Shown here: positions 7,612 to 15,558 of the stretch, piece after piece | Position numbering within the stretch: the stretch's first letter is position 1 | Layout: every line of letters begins with the position of its first letter | Translations under genes and position numbers: made by a program | Source: Deltaproteobacteria bacterium TL4 | GTDB taxonomy: Bacteria > SAR324 > NAC60-12 | NCBI GenBank assembly: GCA_051382335.1 | Contig: JBBCAX010000027.1 | Coordinates: forward strand, 1-25,790 | Reading direction: 5' to 3' | Length of the DNA stretch: 25,790 nucleotides | The notes under the pieces: model-generated | The model's input: the letters and a program-made list of their open reading frames with translations, nothing else | Database searches by the model: none | What the model was told of the DNA's origin: nothing

Positions 7612-8082
7612 TCAACCATGATCCCAGAACGTGGCTTCAATCAATTGGTGATGTTTATAGGTTAATTTCCCGGAAAAACAAGGCCCTTCAAAAATTTTAG
7701 GCGTAAAATGATAGTCGCCTTCCCACATGGGCAATGAAGTCAGCTCGGCTTTGGGGATCCATTGCAGTCTTCCTTCCGCGCATTCAGGAATCAGCGTTCC
7801 AGAGAAAGAAAAGGTATGATAAATGAACACGTGCCATTCATCTCCGAACGGAGATTCCCCCTGATCAGGAAAAGATAACATTCCTTTGAAGGTCAGGTTT
7901 TGAAGGGTGAACCCCGTTTCCTCCCTGGTTTCACGAATGGCGGCTTCAAAAGGGGTTTCGTTTTTTTCTACCTTGCCTCCAGGCGCAAGCCAGAGTCCTT
8001 GATACTCGTCCTGTTTCTTCCGATGAAGCATTAAAACATGACCATCCTGTCTTTCAATATAAACCAATACACCTAATTTCAT
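7612..8082 (-). CDS. Nudix hydrolase, 8-oxo-dGTP diphosphatase (MutT/MutX/MTH1-like)
   Basis: Nudix box GGKVEKNETPFEAAIRETREETG, plus ECAEGRLQW and LPMWEGD motifs. Confidence 0.9.
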   Translation of the reverse strand: MKLGVLVYIERQDGHVLMLHRKKQDEYQGLWLAPGGKVEKNETPFEAAIRETREETGFTLQNLTFKGMLSFPDQGESPFGDEWHVFIYHTFSFSGTLIPECAEGRLQWIPKAELTSLPMWEGDYHFTPKIFEGPCFSGKLTYKHHQLIEATFWDHG

Positions 8083-8401
8083 GGATTCACCTTTGTTGAA
8101 GAGCTTGTGATTAAAGTCGTTTTTCCCTCATATCCTCAATTCACTCGAAAGGTCGACTCGTTTAGAAATTGGCTGAAGTGTTGCTCAAAATCAAGGAAGA
8201 ACAAACTCAGGAAATAAAAAAAAGAGAAAAGGCGTGTTTCAAAAATTAGAAAAAATTGACAATCCCCTCAATATTTGAGACAGACACGATAGGCAGGGGC
8301 CGGGTTAACTAACCAGTCGCTGTCGCGAAATCGCTTTAAGTAGTGAGGTCTGGCCTTTATTTACATGGAGATGACTGGTTTTTTGAACAGAGGTAATGCG
8401 T

Positions 8402-9679
8402 ATGTCAAAAATAAGTGAAGAAATCAAACTGGAACTCAAAGTAACAGGCGAGCAGCAACTTGATGGCAAACTGGGGGTGCTTGAATGGATCAATGTGGCC
8501 TTAGGTCGGGCCATCACCCTCGAAGCCAGTGATGTTCACATTGAATGTTTTCAGTATGAGACGAAGGTCCGGGTTCGGATAGATGGCTTGTTACATCGAC
8601 TTCCCCTCTCTCTCTCCTATGATCAATACGCTCCTACGATTTCACGATTAAAAATCCTGTCTAATCTGGATATCGCGGAAAGACGCGCAGGGCAGGATGG
8701 TCATATTTATGCGACATTTGAAGATAATCATTGGGAAAAGCGTCAAATCGATTTCCGCATTTCCTTTTTACCCGGTCCTTTTGGCGAAGACGTGGTGCTT
8801 CGTATTTTGGATAGTGATAAACCGCTTATTGGTTTGGAAAATCTGGGTTTTACTGTGGAAATGCTGGAGTGTTTTCAAACCTTGATCCACAATCCTGAAG
8901 GTTTGATTCTGGTCACTGGACCAACGGGAAGTGGCAAAACGACCACACTCTATGCCTCCATGATAGAAATCAACTCGGAACAAAGTAAAATTCTTACCGT
9001 TGAAGACCCTATTGAATACCTTTTTCCCAATGCCAATCAAAAACAAGTCAACGCGAATATGGGTTTTTCTGATTACGCGCGTGCGTTTTTAAGACAAGAT
9101 CCTGATATCATGCTGGTTGGAGAAATACGGGATGAAGAAACGGCGTCTATCGCGATTAGAGCCGCACAAACGGGGCATTTGGTTTTAAGTACGGTTCATA
9201 CCATTGATTCTGTTGGAACCATCAATCGCTTAAAAACGTTAGGCATTGAAAGTCCTCAAATTGCTGATTCTCTTCTGGGGACCCTTTCTCAAAGATTGAT
9301 TCGCCGCATATGTTCCCACTGCAAACGCGAGGTTAAGCCCAGTGACTTCACGCATAGTATTTTTCAGAAATATCAATTTTCCTTCCCTACTTATGAAGGC
9401 GAAGGCTGTGATCGTTGTTTTCAAACGGGTTACCGGGACAGGATAGGCATTTACGAATTGTTTTTATTGAATCAGCAAATTTCAGACTTGGTTAGTTCGG
9501 AAACGCCAGGGCAGCAAGTTCGTCAATTTGCCAGAAAACAAGGGATGCTATCCTTATTGGAAGACGCTCTGCTTAAAGTAAAATTTGGCATCACCACAAT
9601 GGCCGAAATCCAAAGAACGGTTCCCTTCCGGATCCTTAACGAATCTCCTTCAGAATCCTTGATTTACAATGGAAACTAA
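8402..9679 (+). CDS. GspE/PulE/PilB-family secretion/pilus ATPase, short form lacking the N1 domain
   Basis: ASDVHIE, RIDG, LDIAERR..QDG, Walker A GPTGSGKTT, TVEDPIE, LRQDPDIMLVGEIRD, TGHLVLSTVHT, Zn motif CSHC...CDRC. Confidence 0.93.
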   Translation: MSKISEEIKLELKVTGEQQLDGKLGVLEWINVALGRAITLEASDVHIECFQYETKVRVRIDGLLHRLPLSLSYDQYAPTISRLKILSNLDIAERRAGQDGHIYATFEDNHWEKRQIDFRISFLPGPFGEDVVLRILDSDKPLIGLENLGFTVEMLECFQTLIHNPEGLILVTGPTGSGKTTTLYASMIEINSEQSKILTVEDPIEYLFPNANQKQVNANMGFSDYARAFLRQDPDIMLVGEIRDEETASIAIRAAQTGHLVLSTVHTIDSVGTINRLKTLGIESPQIADSLLGTLSQRLIRRICSHCKREVKPSDFTHSIFQKYQFSFPTYEGEGCDRCFQTGYRDRIGIYELFLLNQQISDLVSSETPGQQVRQFARKQGMLSLLEDALLKVKFGITTMAEIQRTVPFRILNESPSESLIYNGN

Positions 9680-9904
9680 GAGCGGAATAACCACCGAAGC
9701 CGCAAGCCGGGGTGCCAAAGAGTCCATGTCGATCTCGAAAAAATTATTATGGAGCACAGCGTTCGGTTGAAGGGTTGAGTCCCGTCTTGCAATAGGTCGG
9801 GTATTTGTGTTACGTGAATATAGTTATAAAAAGTGAGATCCTTAACCGATATCCGTAGCTCCATTATTGATTCACGATCGTTCTTGATAAAGAAAGGAAC
9901 ACAA

Positions 9905-10528
9905 ATGAGGGAAGACGCGAAGGGAAAGTTGTTGATTGTTGATGATGAACCTGAAACACTTGAATTAGTTGAAGACATTTTTGAAGATACCGAGATTGAG
10001 ACCAAAACACTTACCTCCGGTGCGCAGTTGCATGAAGTTCTTCGTGAATTTAAGCCGGATATCTTGCTCCTGGACCGCATGATGCCGGGTAAAACGGGGA
10101 TAGCGCTTTGTAAAGAAATTCGAATGTATGATTTAAACACCATCATCATCTTCTTTTCTTCTCTCAGTGATTTTGATCATCAGGAAGAAGGCTATGCGGT
10201 GGGGGCACAAGACTATATTCCCAAACCTTTCAGCATGGAACTTTTGGAAAAAAAGATTGAGGAATGGCTTATCATCATCAATCATCACAAGGCGCTGGAA
10301 ACACGCTTGGCGTTTACCCTAATGATTGGCCAGCGTGTGGATTGTGCTTTGGAATGTGTGCGAACTGTTTTAAATCAGGCCGATTTACCCGAGTCTTTAA
10401 GGTTGCAGCAAGAAGAAGCGATTTCATGGTTAGAGGGAATAAAGAAATTTTATACGGTTCTTTCAAATCAAAAAAATCCGGGATCTAATGTGACCCCCAA
10501 TGATATCATCATCAATAAAAGCAAATGA
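9905..10528 (+). CDS. response regulator receiver with unrecognised helical C-terminal tail
   Basis: LLIVDDE, LLLDRMMPGKTG, FFSS, GAQDYIPKPF. ATG 9905 follows AAGGA. No HTH, GGDEF or kinase motif is recognisable in the tail. Confidence 0.85.
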   Translation: MREDAKGKLLIVDDEPETLELVEDIFEDTEIETKTLTSGAQLHEVLREFKPDILLLDRMMPGKTGIALCKEIRMYDLNTIIIFFSSLSDFDHQEEGYAVGAQDYIPKPFSMELLEKKIEEWLIIINHHKALETRLAFTLMIGQRVDCALECVRTVLNQADLPESLRLQQEEAISWLEGIKKFYTVLSNQKNPGSNVTPNDIIINKSK

Positions 10529-10659
10529 AAAGTAGCGTTGGTTGTGACGGGGCAACTCTTTACTGCCACAAGCTCTTGACGTGAGTGTATGTCAAAGTCT
10601 CACCGTCTTTCTTAGGGATGGTCGTGCCACCAAATTCAGGAAGAGTACAATGCGGGGCT

Positions 10660-11736
10660 ATGTTTTCTTTTAGAAGGAAGAACAAAAACGCACGGAGTTC
10701 GCTTCAAAATGCCGAAGTCTTGAGCCTCTGGAGACCGAAGCAATTTAAAGTGTTTGTTTCTTCAATGAACCGTGGTCTTCGTTTTACCAAGGTTGGTTTT
10801 TGGTTTACCGTTATTTCAACCTTATTAGGCATTGGCGCAATGAATACGGGGATCAACACCTTATTCATTTCAGTAGGCATTTTTCTAAATGTCATGATTT
10901 TATCCGGTTGGGTTTCAGAGCGGATCATGCGTTATCTGCAGTTACAGCTTGAACCCCTCGGAATTGCCGTGAGTGGAGAACCCGTGATCATGAAAGCCCA
11001 TGCGAGTAATCGTTCATCGTTTCTGCCCTTAATTGGTGTGGAATTGAGCAATGAAGAATGGGATTTTTTTAAAATTGTGCCCTTTGTGAGACCCGCAGAA
11101 ACAGAAGAAGTCTGGATTACGCTTAAACCCCAAAAACGAGGGATCTATCATGAACTTCAAGTGGAATGTTTGACACGATTTCCTTTTGGGTTGTTTGAAA
11201 AATATAAATATGTGGCTTGTCACTATCAGCAATTTGTCGCCCCGGAACGACAACGGTTATCCCCTGATATTTTAAATCGAATAGGAAGGTATGAAGATCA
11301 GGAACGGGATAGTAAAGGGGAGCATGAGTTCTATCAATTAAAAACCTACCAACACGGGGACCCCGTTAATCATATTCATTGGAAAAAAACAGCAAGTGCT
11401 CAAGAAGTGATTCTGAATGAATTTAATCAACCGATCACCCACGGAATTTATCATTTCTACTGTGATCCCCGTAAAGCCTTAACAGAGGCAGCCTATGAAC
11501 ATTTTTTGAGTATGGTTTTTTCTTTAATGGCGATACTCCATGAAAATCAACACCTGTTTGAAGTTTGGACTCCTGAAGGACAATGTTTGCGAAGTTATGC
11601 TGAAATAGGCAAATGGCTGGCGGGTTTGCCAGCGTTTGAAGATCGATTTAATATGCGGTCCCCCCTTGAATTCATCCCTGTTCAACGCTTGATCCCTCTT
11701 GACGAACTGTTAACTTCTGTCAACACAGCCTCATGA
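10660..11736 (+). CDS. DUF58 (VWA-like) membrane protein
   Basis: TKVG + two TM helices with AMNTGIN, KRGIY, TRFPFGLF, GEHEFYQLKTYQHGDPVNHIHWKKTA. The start position is uncertain (10585-10765). Confidence 0.9.
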   Translation: MFSFRRKNKNARSSLQNAEVLSLWRPKQFKVFVSSMNRGLRFTKVGFWFTVISTLLGIGAMNTGINTLFISVGIFLNVMILSGWVSERIMRYLQLQLEPLGIAVSGEPVIMKAHASNRSSFLPLIGVELSNEEWDFFKIVPFVRPAETEEVWITLKPQKRGIYHELQVECLTRFPFGLFEKYKYVACHYQQFVAPERQRLSPDILNRIGRYEDQERDSKGEHEFYQLKTYQHGDPVNHIHWKKTASAQEVILNEFNQPITHGIYHFYCDPRKALTEAAYEHFLSMVFSLMAILHENQHLFEVWTPEGQCLRSYAEIGKWLAGLPAFEDRFNMRSPLEFIPVQRLIPLDELLTSVNTAS

Positions 11737-13790
11737 AAAAACAGTTTTCATTTCCGCATCGTTCCATTTCATCCGCCTACCAGTTGTCCTTATTGATGCT
11801 CCTGGGGATGGCCTTTTTGTTCACCTATTTTAGTGACGCCCTCTCTGTTTTTGAACTTGCGACAGGAGTGGTCTTGTATGGTTTCATGAAGGTCAATTAT
11901 CGCAGGAAAAAACCGTGGCTGGATGACCGCTGGACTGGCGCTTTATTGATGCCTTTACTGGTTTACTGTCTTTATAACGTCATGATTTTGAAACAGAACC
12001 CGATGACACAATTGGTCCTGTTTATCTATATTTTGAACGCGATTTGGAATGGTGGACGGGCAAAGTTGGAAGATTATTGGAATCGTCATAGTTTTTTATT
12101 TTTGTTGGTCATGCTGACCTCCAATTATGACTTAACCTGGACCAGTTTCTTGATGTTCATCGTGTTCATCACCATTTCGATTCCAATTATGGGCTTAGGT
12201 TTTTTATATCGGCAGGAAAAAATGTCAGTGTCCCTGCTCTCACAAGAACATAAACTGCGCTCCCTGGTCCCCATTATTAAAGGCACGCCTCTGATTTTAA
12301 TCGTAGGACTCCTCATTTTCTTTATTTTTCCGCGATCCCCTTTTTCACTTTTTAATATTTCTCAAAACCAATCAAAACGGATGTTGGGCTATACCGATAA
12401 AATGGCTTTAACGGGGGAGGGTGAGATTTTGGTGGATACGACTCCGATGGTTCGTGTTTTTTCGAGTGTCCCGAACTGGGTTGCTCAATTTCCGCACTCC
12501 CGATACCTGAGGGGAAGCACTTTGGACCGTTTTGATGGTAAAGAATGGTTCAGTTCCGGCCAAGCCCTCAAGGAATTTAAAGGCTTCACACGTTTTCAAA
12601 TCAAGCAAAATGACCGTTCGGCCATGTCCTTGTTGGAGACAACCCTTTTGCTGGATTCCTCATTTAAAAAAGAAATCTTTTATCCTTCAGGCGATTTAAT
12701 TTATTTAGATGTCTTGGGACGATGGTTTACCCTCGAAAAAGATGATGATTTTAATCTCTACCGGACACGGCAAAATTATATTCGGATGAAGTATAACACC
12801 GGAGTTGCCCTTGAAATGCGGGAGGAAAAGCTGAAGGCCCAGCAGTTAGAACGTTATTTACAGTTTCCTGAAGATTGGAAGGGGAGTCCCGCCTTTCGCG
12901 AGTGGACAAACTCAGCGTTGAAGGTCACCGAAACCTTAAGTCCCAGTCAGTTGGTGGCACAATTGAAACAGTATTTTTTAGAAAATTTTTCAGGTTCTTA
13001 TGAAAATGAATTTGAGGGGGAAGATAAACTCATTTCCTTTTTAATTGACGAAAAAAGCGGACATTGTGAATATTTTTCCTCCGCAGCCGTTTTAGCGTTA
13101 AGGTTGCGTCATATTCCCGCCCGGATAGTCGGCGGGTATGCGGGCGGTGATTGGAATTCAATTACCAATGCCCTGACGTTTACCAACGAACATGCGCACG
13201 CGTGGGTTGAATATTACGACCAAGGAAGCTGGCATTTGTTCGATCCCACGGTTCCCAGCGCAAAGGCGGTACCTGATTCTGAATTAAGCAACTTATGGAA
13301 TCAATATATCGATGCCATTTCCTTTTGGGTGGAAAGCTACATGATTGAATACAGTTTCAGCAACCAAAAACAAATCGTGGAATCCGTGCGAACTTGGCTG
13401 CTCACCCAGGATAAAATAGCTGAAACCATGAAACTCCCGTTTTCAACAAAGGATGTGGACCCTTTTTTCATGTTCCTGGGGACGAGTGTGATCCTGGGGG
13501 GGGGGCTTTCCTATCTTTTATGGAAACGGTACCAAAAACAACGTCATCAATATTTTGAACGTCCTCACGTTTATGAGTTGGTACTTCAGCGCTTTGAGGA
13601 AGTTTATGGAACGATTGAACCGTCACAAAGTCCCCTTAAAGTTTTCTATGCGGTACAAAGTAAGTTATCACCTCAAGAATGCGTTGTCGCCAAAGAAATA
13701 CTGCATGATTATTATGCGTATCGTTATGGAAAAAGACCCTTCCCTCAGCAGGAACTCACGCAACGCTGGAAAGATGCGTCACCTCGGTAG
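11733..13790 (+). CDS. membrane transglutaminase-like protein (TgpA/DUF3488 type)
   Basis: N-terminal multi-TM domain ending IFFIFPR, YLRGSTLDRFDGKEW, catalytic triad GHCEYF / HAHAWVE / FDPT, and a C-terminal TM helix. ATGA overlap with the DUF58 gene. Confidence 0.92.
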   Translation: MKKQFSFPHRSISSAYQLSLLMLLGMAFLFTYFSDALSVFELATGVVLYGFMKVNYRRKKPWLDDRWTGALLMPLLVYCLYNVMILKQNPMTQLVLFIYILNAIWNGGRAKLEDYWNRHSFLFLLVMLTSNYDLTWTSFLMFIVFITISIPIMGLGFLYRQEKMSVSLLSQEHKLRSLVPIIKGTPLILIVGLLIFFIFPRSPFSLFNISQNQSKRMLGYTDKMALTGEGEILVDTTPMVRVFSSVPNWVAQFPHSRYLRGSTLDRFDGKEWFSSGQALKEFKGFTRFQIKQNDRSAMSLLETTLLLDSSFKKEIFYPSGDLIYLDVLGRWFTLEKDDDFNLYRTRQNYIRMKYNTGVALEMREEKLKAQQLERYLQFPEDWKGSPAFREWTNSALKVTETLSPSQLVAQLKQYFLENFSGSYENEFEGEDKLISFLIDEKSGHCEYFSSAAVLALRLRHIPARIVGGYAGGDWNSITNALTFTNEHAHAWVEYYDQGSWHLFDPTVPSAKAVPDSELSNLWNQYIDAISFWVESYMIEYSFSNQKQIVESVRTWLLTQDKIAETMKLPFSTKDVDPFFMFLGTSVILGGGLSYLLWKRYQKQRHQYFERPHVYELVLQRFEEVYGTIEPSQSPLKVFYAVQSKLSPQECVVAKEILHDYYAYRYGKRPFPQQELTQRWKDASPR

Positions 13791-13980
13791 TCCCTATCGC
13801 TCAAGGTCATTCCATTTCCCCGAGTCTTACAGCCCTCACACTACTTTGTGGAAACGATCTCACCTGCCTGCCTCTTGAGGGCAAATGTCTGTTGCGCTGA
13901 TTTTCACTCAAGAATTCGTAGAAATAACCGATAATAAGGGTGGATGATTACGTTTTTAATAGACTTTTAAAGGATTTATC

Positions 13981-15258
13981 ATGCGGCCTGTTCAAAGAAT
14001 TTTGTGCTTTATCTCCGTATTCCTGTATTGTAGTTGTGTTCTTGTTGCTGCGGATTTGGAAGATTTCACAGGAGGCGTCACCAGTACCAGGGTTTCTGAA
14101 AATCCCGCGTCTGTCGCTTTAATTGGTCGAAATCACATTCAATATCTCTCTTATTCTTTCTCCAGTTCCGCGATAAAGCCAGTCTATGTAGAATACTTTC
14201 GTGTGAATGACAGGGAAACCGAAATCCAAGGGACAGATCAAAATACTGAAGTCAAACAAATTCAATATGGTGAGGGAACGACCAACGGGAAGGATTTGGT
14301 GGTGGTGACTCCCTTTGAATACTTTTCCCTGGGGCTTGGATTCACAACTCAGCAATCCCTTTATAGAGATAGCGTTTTCCTTGATGAAAACAGTAATCCC
14401 ATTGATGAGGGAAGTGTTTATAAGGCGACCAACGCAAAGTATAATAAAGGCGCTACTGATTATTATCTAGGAATCCCCTTTAAAACCTTTTCCATTGGAA
14501 TCAAACGACAGCTCTGGTTGGTTGAAAACAATATTCAGTACCTCAGGTTCTATCAAGCAAAATTTTCTTACGATTATTTGGGCGCGGAGGATTACTTTTG
14601 GATGGAGGATCAACGCCTTGAATTAAAAGCAAAATCTACCTATCAAACCACAGAGTATGGCTTACTGATTCCTGATGCCTTGCCAGGAGTGGACTTTGGC
14701 ATGGTACACCGTCCCGAAGTTGACGCAAAAATGGAATTTAAATTAACGATTCATGAGGCCAGTCCTGCCTGGAGAACCGAAGATTTTGATTATAAAGTGC
14801 CTGCCTATACCTCTATTGGTTTTGGCTACACCGTGCCTTTCATCGAAGGCATTGGCTTACAGTTATTAGGGGATTTAGGGCAATTTTCAGAAATTGATAC
14901 AAATGAAGAGGGGCTCTCCAGCAGTCTGGGAAGCCAAAACGGAAGGCTGATCCGTTTAGTTTGGACCCCCTTGATTGACATCAGTTATGGCTTCATGACC
15001 CGTGAACTGGCCTCCATCACTTATGAGCAAACGACGACTACGGTTCAAATTCCATTTTTTCAGGGAAATAATCTAAAGCTTGGAAGTCAACGTTATCGCA
15101 TTATTAATGCGGAGGGTAAAACCATTGTGGATGTGACGTTAGTTAAGATTTCCTTCAATATGCAATTTGGAGAAAGTACCGGAAGTCGACGTTGTGGCTC
15201 AGTGGTCCCTAAACAAAAAGAACTGACCTTCATGGACCGACTGGGTGCCTGTAATTAG
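13981..15258 (+). CDS. hypothetical exported protein, probable outer-membrane beta-barrel (FadL/PorV-like features)
   Basis: Signal peptide ending LVAA, early ENPAS motif, alternating amphipathic strands (FSLGLGF, FSIGIK, VDFGMVH, SIGFGY, DISYGF, KISFNMQF). Confidence 0.55.
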   Translation: MRPVQRILCFISVFLYCSCVLVAADLEDFTGGVTSTRVSENPASVALIGRNHIQYLSYSFSSSAIKPVYVEYFRVNDRETEIQGTDQNTEVKQIQYGEGTTNGKDLVVVTPFEYFSLGLGFTTQQSLYRDSVFLDENSNPIDEGSVYKATNAKYNKGATDYYLGIPFKTFSIGIKRQLWLVENNIQYLRFYQAKFSYDYLGAEDYFWMEDQRLELKAKSTYQTTEYGLLIPDALPGVDFGMVHRPEVDAKMEFKLTIHEASPAWRTEDFDYKVPAYTSIGFGYTVPFIEGIGLQLLGDLGQFSEIDTNEEGLSSSLGSQNGRLIRLVWTPLIDISYGFMTRELASITYEQTTTTVQIPFFQGNNLKLGSQRYRIINAEGKTIVDVTLVKISFNMQFGESTGSRRCGSVVPKQKELTFMDRLGACN

Positions 15259-15558
15259 TCACTGTCTCGTAATGACCTGTTTTGTTTGAATTGAAAAATC
15301 AAGTAGACTTCTCCAGAAAAGTCGGCACCTTGTTATTTTTTTAGCGTTCCTAAGTTGTCTTACCGCGTCAATAGCTTTAAAGGGCTTTTTGTCAGGTAAG
15401 TTGGAGGCCAGTTGTAAGAAATCCTCATAATTTTGTTGTGTTTTTGACTCACATTCTGCCCTTTGTTTCGCATAGCGCTCTGAACCCAGGAGTTCCCATA
15501 AAAAAAGCAGAGAGTTACAATTACGACATTGCGGAACCGCAACGCTACAGGGATGCCA

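Noticed and set aside
7472..7615. N-terminal 48-aa extension of the DUF2786 ORF
   Set aside because: The domain begins after M at 7471. The extension looks like read-through of AT-rich intergenic DNA.
6235..8082. Prophage call from the Bor-like and DUF2786 genes
   Set aside because: No integrase, att site, structural or replication genes are visible.
9685..9730. Glycine or c-di-AMP riboswitch
   Set aside because: Only a partial CCGAAG.CGCAA echo is present. The downstream CTCTCAGG or CCCGTCAGCTAAC elements are absent.
9676..10149. 157-aa minus-strand ORF
   Set aside because: It is antisense to the receiver gene and has no protein-like motif.
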